A stretch of 64,000 nucleotides of DNA. Source: Octopus sinensis. Lineage: Eukaryota. Position numbers and translations under genes: made by a program. Numbering within the stretch: the first letter of the stretch is position 1; each line of letters opens with the position of its first letter. Below, piece by piece: positions 52,399 through 62,320 of the stretch. The stretch spans positions 620,001 through 684,000 of the forward strand of contig NC_043021.1 of the NCBI RefSeq assembly GCF_006345805.1. The letters are read 5' to 3'. The notes below the pieces were generated by a model. That model did no database searches. It was given only the letters and a program-made list of their open reading frames with translations, and was not told where the DNA came from.

Positions 52399-53882
52399 TG
52401 TACACTGTTTTGTTTTTACCGATAGTTAATGGTAAAAATATTCTATACTTAGCATGGCCTTTCTGTAGCCACGTAAACCCAATGATTTCTATAGCAAACG
52501 AATTATCAAAGTATGGACACAATAACTATTTTATACTAAATACAAAACTCACTAAAACTTTCCAAAAGGAACAAAACATGAATATCCTTTCCATGGACGA
52601 GATCCCAGAACTTAGAAAAACCTTTTCTCACGCACAGCAGAAAATAGTATCAAAACGAATATTTGTGATAAGAAGGGTTTTGACTTTAATTCCTCTGATA
52701 TGTGATAGAATTCTGAAGGATGAGAAATGGATCGAAACCCTGCGAGCGGTCAATGCTAGTTTAGCTGTTATTAATGGACTGTTTTCGACAAATTGTCTTA
52801 CAATAATTGCCCGTCAATTGTCAATTCCATTTGTTCTCACAGGATCTGAGATATTTCCTAGTCTTCATCGCATTCCATGGCTTCCCAATGTTTTTCCAAA
52901 TAGTTTCATCGGATCCTCGAGCAAGACGACATATTCGGAAAAGATAATCAATACTTTGGTTGCTCTTGTAGACTACACCATTCCTCCTATTGGAGCGCCT
53001 GTACACAGCGTCAAGACATATGCGAAAGACGAACCTGATATTTCATTCACAGATTTGCTACATCAGGCACAATTTTATCTTATTGAAAAAGATGTACTTC
53101 TAGATTATCCTCTACCACAACTTCCAAATGTAAGATACGTTGGTGGTCTAGCTACAAAACGATCATTGCCTTTGAAGGGAGAATTAGTGAAATTCGTAAA
53201 TGCGTCGAAGAATGGAATAGTTGTGGTGTCATTTGGCAGTAATATCAAGGATTTCCCTGTTGTTCAATTAGAAAAACTACAAACTGCATTGAAACAAATA
53301 AAATATGATGTTGTGTGGAGACAGGAGAAAACATCGTTTTCTCATAAGAATATTTATATCAGTGATTGGGTACCACAAAACGATCTGCTTGGCCATCCTA
53401 AGACAAAATTATTTGTTACTCATTGTGGGAACAGCGGTCAGTTTGAAGCTTTGTTCCATGGGGTGCCAATGCTGGGGATACCTTTGTTTTTAGACCAGTT
53501 TTATAACTCTCGCAGAATGACCGAGAAAGGATACGGATTGTCTCTAGACATAGAGAACTTTACTCCGGAGGAATTAATAGAGAAAATAAACGAACTAATT
53601 GAAAACAAAACATATTCTGAGAAAATTAAAAGAGCGAGTGAAATATTTCACTCCCGACCCGAATATCCAGCGAAGAAATCAGCCCGACACATTGATCACA
53701 TCTTGAAATACGGTGGAGAATATTTAAAGTCTCCGTGTCAAGGCAGTCGATTGTATGAATTTTTAATGATCGATGTATTGGCTCCTATATTTGCAGTAAT
53801 ATCACTTTTGATATATTTGACCTGTCTAATTGGGAAAAAATGTTTAACTATTTTTTGTAAGAAGAAAACGAAGGTTGACTAA
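52365..53882 (+). CDS. UDP-glucuronosyl/glycosyltransferase (GT1, animal ER type), 505 aa, intronless CDS
   Basis: Signal peptide, catalytic His (SH36), GVVSFGS-like IVVVSFGS, signature WVPQNDLLGHPKTKLFVTHCGNSGQFEALFHGVPMLGIPLFLDQ, C-terminal TM helix, dilysine ER tail KKKTKVD; AATAAA near 54062. Confidence 0.95.
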   Translation: MMKYLFISLPALYTVLFLPIVNGKNILYLAWPFCSHVNPMISIANELSKYGHNNYFILNTKLTKTFQKEQNMNILSMDEIPELRKTFSHAQQKIVSKRIFVIRRVLTLIPLICDRILKDEKWIETLRAVNASLAVINGLFSTNCLTIIARQLSIPFVLTGSEIFPSLHRIPWLPNVFPNSFIGSSSKTTYSEKIINTLVALVDYTIPPIGAPVHSVKTYAKDEPDISFTDLLHQAQFYLIEKDVLLDYPLPQLPNVRYVGGLATKRSLPLKGELVKFVNASKNGIVVVSFGSNIKDFPVVQLEKLQTALKQIKYDVVWRQEKTSFSHKNIYISDWVPQNDLLGHPKTKLFVTHCGNSGQFEALFHGVPMLGIPLFLDQFYNSRRMTEKGYGLSLDIENFTPEELIEKINELIENKTYSEKIKRASEIFHSRPEYPAKKSARHIDHILKYGGEYLKSPCQGSRLYEFLMIDVLAPIFAVISLLIYLTCLIGKKCLTIFCKKKTKVD

Positions 53883-54764
53883 ATTATGTTTTGGTAAGCT
53901 TAAATACGTAGGCTAATTATTTTTGCTAATTTCAATTTGTTTTAGACTAATTATTTATGCTAATTTCAAAATTTCACTCCATTTGTATGCATCACGTATC
54001 AGTTTTTCAGTAGATACATGCAAATATTTACATATTTGTATTTATATGAAATCATTAACGTAATAAATAAGGAGATATTATTTTTAGAAAGTAAATGAGT
54101 TTATTGAGTTAAAAAATCATCACTCTCATTCTACAAAGAGTGAATACACAAATAAAATGGGTCGGACAAACCGACAAAGTTAGAACAACAGAGTTAGGAA
54201 CATTGTGATTTGTATTTCCTGCAGTGTTCCTGATCTGATTGGTCATGGTAAAGTGTCAGCCAGCATACTGTCACTCCAGAAGCCTTGGTACCATTTCTCC
54301 ATAGCAGTAATGTCCTAGTGAAATCTTTCACCATGTTCATCAGACACTGCTCCAAGGTTGTCTGTAAAGAAATCCAGATGGGAGTCCAAGAAGTGAACTT
54401 TCAGTGACAACCGACAACTCATTGCTGAGTAATATTTCAAAAGATTTTTGAGATCCATTTCCTTCTTATTGCTCAAGAAATTCTCACAGATCCAATTGAA
54501 AACATTCCAGGCAAGCAATTCCAGTTCATACAGTGTTGTCTTGAAGTTGGCATCTTTGAGTACTTCTCTAATTTGGCGTCTGACAAAGACGCCCTCTTTC
54601 AACTTTGCCTGTGTGATTTTGGGAAACTTTTCTGCAATATACTCAAACCCTCTGGAATTTCTTGTCTCAAGTGTCTTTACAAATTATTTCATCAGTCCAA
54701 GCTTTATATGCAAAGGAGGCAATAAGACATTACATGGATCTACCAGATGTAATGTACATTTGCT

Positions 54765-54860
54765 TATGCAAATGGCACCCGAGCCAGTAACATGTGAAAG
54801 CACCCATTACACTCTCGGATTGGTTGGCATTAGGAAGGGCATCCAGCCATTCATGACACT
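54765..54860 (-). mobile_element. LINE-tail/SINE family C fragment inserted in the Chapaev-like transposase
   Basis: ggctggatgcccttcctaatgccaaccaatccgagagtgtaatgggtgc interrupts the frame between ..GLSSVMN and LVDP.NVLLPPLH. Same family at 18017-18235, 18960-19120, 34520-34730, 45142-45190, 47070-47250 and 51420-51515. Confidence 0.75.
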
Positions 54861-55968
54861 AGACAGTCCTGGCTGGTATGATGTTCTTGTCTGCTAGTTT
54901 GATTCCGAATAATGTCTGTCAGCTGCTCTACTATCACACAGACACAAGAAACAACAGCATTTTATGAAACCCGACTGCATTCCCATTAACATTCCAATGG
55001 GTTTTAAATTTCCACACATGTTCCATGAGTGTCTTTCATAGGCATGAAGTAAAAATTTCCATAGTCTCATATGATTCATGAAGATGGAGTGTGCAATAGG
55101 AATGGAGGGCTTCAAATTACCATTATAGAGAAGTACGGGTTTTGAATTTCGTTTTGAAGAATCAAGAAACAAACACCACTCGGCAGGATCATGGTTTTGT
55201 GGATAAACAATGGAAAAGTCCATCAATGTCAGTGCAAAAGCAAAGTGGGTCTTCGACAGAAAAACATGTTTGTGGAACATTTCTCTGCTGAAAATCAGTT
55301 ATACGAACACCGTGCTGCAGCAGATACTTCTCCTTCAGACTTGATGCCAGCAGTTCTGCTTTATCTTTTGAGAGGGATACGTCTCTGACAAGTTCAGCTT
55401 GGGAAAATTTCTGAGGTTCAAAGCTATCATCATCAGCCACATAATCTTCCTCAGCAGCACTATCGTGATAGTCAGCATCATCATCTGATGTTTCAATATC
55501 ATCATCTGGTGGAACTGGAGTTGGCAGACTTCCATTGTGAGCCACAGGTCTCTTTGCAGAATTCAAATTGGGATACACAATTTTGTGTTTATTCTTCATA
55601 GAAACTATCGTGACATTTATTTTTCTAAAATAACAGTCATTAAAATGGTCTTTCGACTGCTACCTTTACCATTTGAATGGCAAAAGGCATGGACTCCTTC
55701 TCATTGAACCAGTCACATAAGCCATTTGAGCAAGCTAAGCAGATAAAATGTGGTGCCCGTAGCTTGTCCTGATCTAACAAAACACATCAGGACGATTTCT
55801 ACACTGTCTTGACATTGTTAACACTGTAAAACAAGTAAAGAAATGGATACAAACGGTTATACTTATATTGAATTTGAGATGATGGAATATTTCATCAGAC
55901 CAATTATGGACTGGACAATTTGAGATGTTGAAATACCTATTTTCATCAGGCAAAACTTGATTGGTTAA

Positions 55969-56182
55969 CCCTTTTGTTACTAACCTGGCCAAAACCGGCT
56001 CTGTGGTAAAATATCTTGTTTTCATAAGTTTTGAATTAAAATATTCCACCAAACCTTAGTCACAATTTATGTTCCTAACACTAGCTGAATGATAACTAAG
56101 TTATTTTACAAAATTCTTTGTTATATTTAAAATGATTGAAAGAAACACAGAGCATCTCAAAATAAATACAGTAATGAAAGGG
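55969..56182. mobile_element. piggyBac-type MITE nested in the Chapaev-like element
   Basis: TTAA TSD at 55965-55968 and 56183-56186; TIRs CCCTTTTGTTAC / GTAATGAAAGGG. Confidence 0.85.
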
Positions 56183-56929
56183 TTAATTTAAGATGATGAA
56201 ATATTGCACCTGAACTGTGCAGCAATGAATAATGTAGTTTATTTTAAACATGATGTAAGTGAAATACATGCATCATACATATCATTAATTGGAATTTCTA
56301 TATAAAACGTGAGCTAAAACCCAAAAAACTTTCTTATCTTGAAAACAGTGATGTCAAATAAAACTAATTGTAAATTTGAAATCAACATTAAAAAATAAAC
56401 TATGCTTGATGAAAAACATTTATTGACCAGAGTTAACACCTGACCATCACTAATTACCAACACCTGACCATCACTAGTTTCCACAGATCCTGTTGTTTTA
56501 CTTCATTAACATATCATAACTGACCACTGTCCACCCTCCGTTGCACTGGCCATGCCTCATTAAACACATTTCATCTGTTCTCAATGGAGGGAGAACATTT
56601 GTTGTGTTGCCAGCGACACAACGACCACCCTTGACTACATCCTCAACTGCAACATTTCCACTACAACTGCCCTCACTGGCATCTCCACTGTACAGTAAAC
56701 ACTCCCTGGGTGTCCCTCCTGGTGTCTCTGCCAAAATAGTTAACCTGTTTGACCCATGTGGACATTGTGGTCAATGTCACATCGATGATGATGAGGAGGA
56801 GGAGGGTGGGGTGGGGAGAAGGAGGAAGAGGTGGAGGAGGAGGAAACAATTAACGACAACAACAGAACTGATTGAGTATAACTTTTATTGCAAGTGACAT
56901 AGAAAATTGGCTGGAATGGCAGAATAAAT

Positions 56930-57130
56930 ACTGGTCAGTTTGATGTTCCTTGGCCAATGAACATTTGATGCTTACTGGCCAGTGAATTATGTATAATATA
57001 TTGGTCAGTCAATGCTTGATACTGATATTGGTCAGTCAGTGATGTGTGTGACTGGTCACTTAGTGTTTGGTATCTAGAGTGGTCATTCTGGTCAGTCTGT
57101 AGTTGAAGTGACCAAAAGTTTGGTTGGTAA
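56930..57130. repeat. degenerate minisatellite with recurring tggtcagt motif
   Basis: At least 7 tggtca/tggcca cores at roughly 20-30 bp spacing. Confidence 0.55.
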
Positions 57131-57464
57131 ATCATAATACTGAGCAAGGAATGGATTAAAATGTTTAGAGAAATGTTGGATGACCAAGGTGGACGTGGCC
57201 AAAAGGTGACCATGAATGACCAGTTGAGGAAGAATTGTTCATTTATTTTGTGATTGAAAAATGTTGTTAGTTAGTTAATTTGGCTCAAAAGCAAATAGCA
57301 AGGCCATGTAGGGGGACATGGAGTTAAGTACAGGGTGGTGTTCATGTAAAGAGTTCAGGGCACTTGAGGTCAAGGGAGGCTTTGAACAAAGCGGTCGTCG
57401 GATGATGATGATGCTCCTGTGTATAAGTTAAATGAACTGTGTGTATCTGAGTTTGTGTATATAT

Positions 57465-57688
57465 ATACTAAGCAATAAAGGGTTTAGCAACGAATTGCCT
57501 TAATAGCTATAACTCTTTGACTGCTATTTCTAAATTCGGTATGTGGTAAGGCAATTCGTTGCTAAACCCTTTATTGCTTAGTATTACTTAAATTTTCCTC
57601 GAATGAGGCTTTTACATGCCGAAGACTACTTGGTGTAATTGATAATTATTCCAAATTAATTAATTTCACCCTTCATTATTACGGATAA

Positions 57689-57724
<36 letters not shown>

Positions 57725-58578
57725 TATATAGAAGGAGCTTCTACAGGACTAGAACTGTTTCATTCAAGAGAAATCTTCAGGAAGCTAGTTAACAAGAATT
57801 GTATTGGCATTTATACATTTAGGCAGGTTTAAAGGGTGTTGGTGGGGGACTTTTTGGGGGTAGGCATAGCGCAAAAAATCATACTTGGGGGAGTGGTCAA
57901 GGAGTCAGTGTTAAATTAGATAGGAGAATAAATAAAAAAATAAAAAATAAAAAATAAAAAATAAAAAATAAAAAATAAAAAATAAAAAATAAAAAATAAA
58001 AAATAAAAAATAAAAAAATATAAAAAAATAAAAAATAAAAAATAAAAAATAAAAAATAAAAAATAAAAAATAAAAAATAAAAAAATAAAAAATATATAAA
58101 AAAATATAAAAAAATAAAAAATAAAAAATAAAAAAATAATATATATATATATATATAATATATATATATATATATAAAGGGGGGAATAGAGTTTTAGGTA
58201 AATAAGGAGATTCTCACTTATACCTCTACACATACACACATATATACACTCACACATACATATACATATCTACACATACACATATACATGTATACATACA
58301 CACACTCACTTGCACACACGTATACACACATGTATATATACACACACGACCACACATACATATACACACAGAAAAATATATATATATATACACATACACA
58401 CACATACTCACATACACGCATACACACACAAATCCATACACACACATGCACACACAGCACACTAGTCCCTATATACACATATATACACATACACACATAT
58501 ATATACACCCACACATACACATACATACACATATATATACATACATACACATACACATACATATATATATACATACAC

Positions 58579-58609
<31 letters not shown>

Positions 58610-59070
58610 TATACATATGTGTACCCATACATACCTACACATACACACATATATATATATATACATATACAAATACAGACCCATTCCCTAATTTTAATTT
58701 TATTATCTTCGTTTATTACTTTTGTTATCTTTGGCCGCTTGGTCACAAACATCTTGGCTATGACAGCCAGACCATTTATCCGTCTACTGGAAAACAATTA
58801 CTCATTCACTCACGCACACTCATTAGCACGTACACTCACTCATTCGTACACTCATACGCATACACGCACGCACGCGTTATATTCATACATACGTACATCT
58901 ACATACATTCACGTATATACACATACGTACGCGTACCTACAGATTCATGTCTACACTCTTAGAAGGCTAGTCTATACATATACACCAATAAATATAAATA
59001 CACACACATACATGTACACCTACATATACATATATATATATATCTATATATATATATATATATAATATAT
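57465..59070 (-). mobile_element. young non-coding Penelope-like/retrozyme-like element with hammerhead ribozyme and terminal fold-back; right boundary approximate
   Basis: CpG-retaining unique blocks alternate with (TA)n, (T6A)n and (TG/TA)n tracts; HHR at 57736-57786; perfect 38-bp inverted repeat 57465-57502/57547-57584; no ORF. Confidence 0.55.
57736..57786 (-). ncRNA. type I hammerhead ribozyme (minimal)
   Basis: 5'-AGCUUC CUGAAGA UUUCUCUUGAAU GAA ACAG UUCUAGUC CUGU A GAAGCU-3'. Stem I 6 bp, CUGANGA core, stem II UUC/GAA with a U-U at its base, GAAA, stem III 4 bp, GUA cleavage triplet (cut 3' of 57742). Confidence 0.8.
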
Positions 59071-59343
59071 ATATATGTATATGTACATATATATGTGTGT
59101 ATGTGTAAGCAAATCAAAAATTTAGAAAAAGAAACAGGAAAAGCAACAAAAGTTACAAAAGTTAATTGGATGTAAACAAGTGAATATCTTAGATTGATGC
59201 TGAGTGAAGGATTGAGGTGGGGAAATGGGGAGGGACGTTTCAAGGGTTATGGAAAGAGGAGGAAGGAGGAGATAGTCTGGAGAAGAGCATGGGAGTTGTT
59301 GCATGGACAACTGATGTATATATATATATATGTATATATACAT

Positions 59344-59380
<37 letters not shown>

Positions 59381-60079
59381 GAGAGAGAGAGAGGTATGAG
59401 TGATAGAGATGTCTGTTATATATGTATGGTAGTGTGTGATGAAGATATTTATTACAAATGAATAGAAGGTATGGTACAGATGTCAGCTGTATATATATGT
59501 GTGTGTGTGTGATGTAGATTGCTGTTATATGTGTATAGACAGTTTGATGATATACAATAAATAAAATAAAAAGTAGAGGTGTGAAGATTCTTTGTCGAAT
59601 GGTCTGACCATTAGATAATCCTTTCCATTAAAGGCACAAGGCCTGAACTTGGGTGGGGGAAGGGACCAGTCGATTGCATACACCCCAGTGTTTCACTGGT
59701 ACTTAATTTATTGACTCCTTCAAAGGATGAAAAGCAAAGTCAACTGTGGTAGAATTTGAACTCAGGGCGTAAAGATGGACGAAATTCTGCTAAAAAGTTT
59801 GCCCAGCATGCTAACAATTCTGCCAGCTCAGCCCCATCTGACCATCAGATAATGATAATAGTGCTTGTACAATTTTGTTTAAAAGACATCCAATTCTTGA
59901 TTTGACCACTGGCTAATAAGAGACATGGACTGAATGAATCAGGATGACCACAGGGAAGTCACTGATGCATTTCCAAAGATTATTTTACAGGAATGGTCAG
60001 TTGTGGTCATCTGTTTTACCAGTCTCGGATCCATTGTCTTCAACTGGAAATTAATTTGATCATTGATCCAAAGATGTTT

Positions 60080-61200
60080 CCATAGTGACATCTTGCTCTG
60101 TCATTGAACCTGATTCCATCCTGGAATATCTGCTATGAACCAATTGCTCCATCTCAAGTAATATAAAGAGGCTGGGTTCAAATAAAGAGCAAGGAGATTA
60201 ACACCCTTGGGTCTATCTGCCTCTGGTTTGCTGTTCAGTTAACCACTGCTTTTTGACAGAATAAAGATATTTAACAAATGAAGCAGATGTCACACTGCTC
60301 ATATGAGGTTTTTATACAAAATAGGTGATATTGGATAACAAGAAGAGCTGCTGAATTAAAACCAGGAAACTGCCTGCCCCAAGGTTGCGTAATTGGCTCC
60401 ACTGTTACTTAACATTTATATAAAATTCATAAGCTAAGAGTGGATAATACCAAATGATTAAAGAACTCAAGTGCTGCTTTAATGAATCTGAGTTCTAGCA
60501 ATAAAAGTATTCATTTAATTTTTAATTTATTTACACAAAGATTGAATCCCAATTCAATTCCAAGGAAATAAAGTAAAAGCAAAAAAAAAAAAAAAAGGTA
60601 GGGGAGTTAAGCAGATGGCAGGGAGGGAATAAAGGGTTTTACAGTCCAGAACAAACTGTGTGTTTAGCTGCACCCTGCAGACATGACCATGATGGGGTTA
60701 CCACAGGGAATGGTCAGTGAGATTCATTGCAGCAGCCACTCCACCTTGAGGGGTTCATTTCTCAAACAGGCCACAGTGATCCTGATTTTGCAGGGAAAAT
60801 CTGCAGTGCTGGGTCTGAGTACATCATTATTACAGAAATTCTTATATTCCATTTGAGAAACAAGGAAGCAGGTTATAAAGTTAAATTCCTTATGGTCTGG
60901 AACAAACATGGAACACTACTGGAATCTGAAATATCTTGGCATGTTATGAGAACAGAGTCTAACATTAAGGAAAGACATGAATAATCTAGAAGACAAAAGC
61001 AAGCACATGGTGGATATTCTACCAAAACTAACCATTTCTGCTAAGGATTACAAATCCTCAATTACTCAGAATAACAACTTCATCTCTATGATACTCAGTT
61101 GCAGGAGTGTCCAGTAAGGTCAAGATACAAAACCTCTGGAGAGTGGCTGGCATTGCTCCACCTAGAATTATTACAAGTGAAGGTGTAAACCAAAAACAGA
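60080..61200 (+). mobile_element. decayed LINE RT fragments (RTE-X-like)
   Basis: FHPGISAMNQLLHL; LSA..; NCLPQGCV/LAPLLLNIY (60370-60420); later RVAGIAPPRI (~61140-61170). Confidence 0.6.
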
Positions 61201-61929
61201 TATTTAATAAAAGACATCCATTTTATAAATATCAACAAATATGAAAGAGTTTCATAATATGTACCATTTCTGTTGATAAATCCAATGAATATTCCTTCAT
61301 CCAACTGTAGAAGGAGAGACTGATAAATATTGCACCAATGCCAGATATGAAGACAGAACCAAAGAGCCTGGAGTCCTCAAAGAGCGAAGGGAAAATGACT
61401 TCATTGGTTCTAAGTTGGATTTGGCTGAAGCAGGGACACCAAAGTGGAATGGGAACACAATGAGGAATCCTCCTTCTGTAAATATGGAACAGTCCAAACC
61501 ATACTGCAGGTTGTTCCATTCTTAGTGATAGTGGTGGTGGTGGTGGAAGTCAGGATGATAGTCATAGAAATAGTAGTAGAGGTGAAAGGAGAAGCTGGGG
61601 GTAGTGTAGATGATAGTAATGGTAGTAAGGGAGGTAAAGATAGTAGTAGTGACGGTGGTGGTGATGTCGTTCCTAGTCTCAACAGTTCTTCCTTTGTCTT
61701 TTCAGTTTTTTAACCCCAGGTCAGTCCTAATCAGGCCAAACTTTGATCAAAACCATTCCAGCTATAACCAACCCACCTATTCAGATAGTATACACAACAT
61801 TTCCTTCCCTTGTTTCAAAATGGTGATGTGCAGCATTAGGGCGATTTGGCTGCTATTTCTAGCAAATCTAACAGTGACTTAGATATCTAGTAGATATTGC
61901 AACAGTTTCATGTAGCAATATCTCTGTTG

Positions 61930-62320
61930 TGTGGTAGACAAAGTGGGACACATGTGAGCAATGAGTGTGACACAGGGGAGAGGGACAGAGACTATGATTC
62001 ATGTGGAAACAGTGTAACACAGGAAGAGATACACTGAGACACATGAAGTGGGGGTGACTAATATATTTGGGAGACAGACTGACACATGAGAAGGGCTGAC
62101 TGTAGGAACATGTAGGAAGGAAGACTGTAACACAGGAAATGTAGAATTGTGATACATGTGGGAGATAGATTGTGACACAGGATGAGACAGATTGTGATAC
62201 ATGTAGGAGACTGTGTAACATGTGGGGAACAGTCTGTGAAACAACTGGCAAACTGTGAACATGTATCAAATCAGCTGTGACACATGTATCAAACAGGCTG
62301 TGGCATATGTGACAGACAGG
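61930..62320. repeat. degenerate ~20-bp minisatellite (gattgtgacacatgtaggagaca-like)
   Basis: Repeated tgtga(c/t)acatg / ggagac units. Confidence 0.6.

Larger units (their letters stand above)
54180..56432 (-). mobile_element. fossil CMC-superfamily (Chapaev3-like) DNA transposon
   Basis: MSRQCRNRPDVFC (ATG 55815); DQDKLRAPH; FSQAEL..VRDVSLSKDKAELLASSLKEK; EWCLFLDSSKR; CCCFLCLCDSRA; VLLPPLHIKLGLMK; KLKEGVFV..QIR; SLKVHFLDSHLDFF..NLGAVSDEHGERFH; MLAD. 5' terminus ctctggtcaataaa at 56432 next to TTA; 3' terminus not found. The family assignment is from memory of these motifs. Confidence 0.75.

Noticed and set aside
54448-54897. 149-aa plus-strand ORF
   Set aside because: It is the antisense shadow of the Chapaev-like transposase plus the inserted SINE fragment.
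58218-59065. Long ORFs on both strands (up to 224 aa), and similar ones at 29-871, 3056-3370, 23007-23363, 27355-27924 and 57916-58257
   Set aside because: They are translations of (CA)n/(TA)n/(T6A)n microsatellites (HT/YI/CV/FYFL repeats) with no domain signal.
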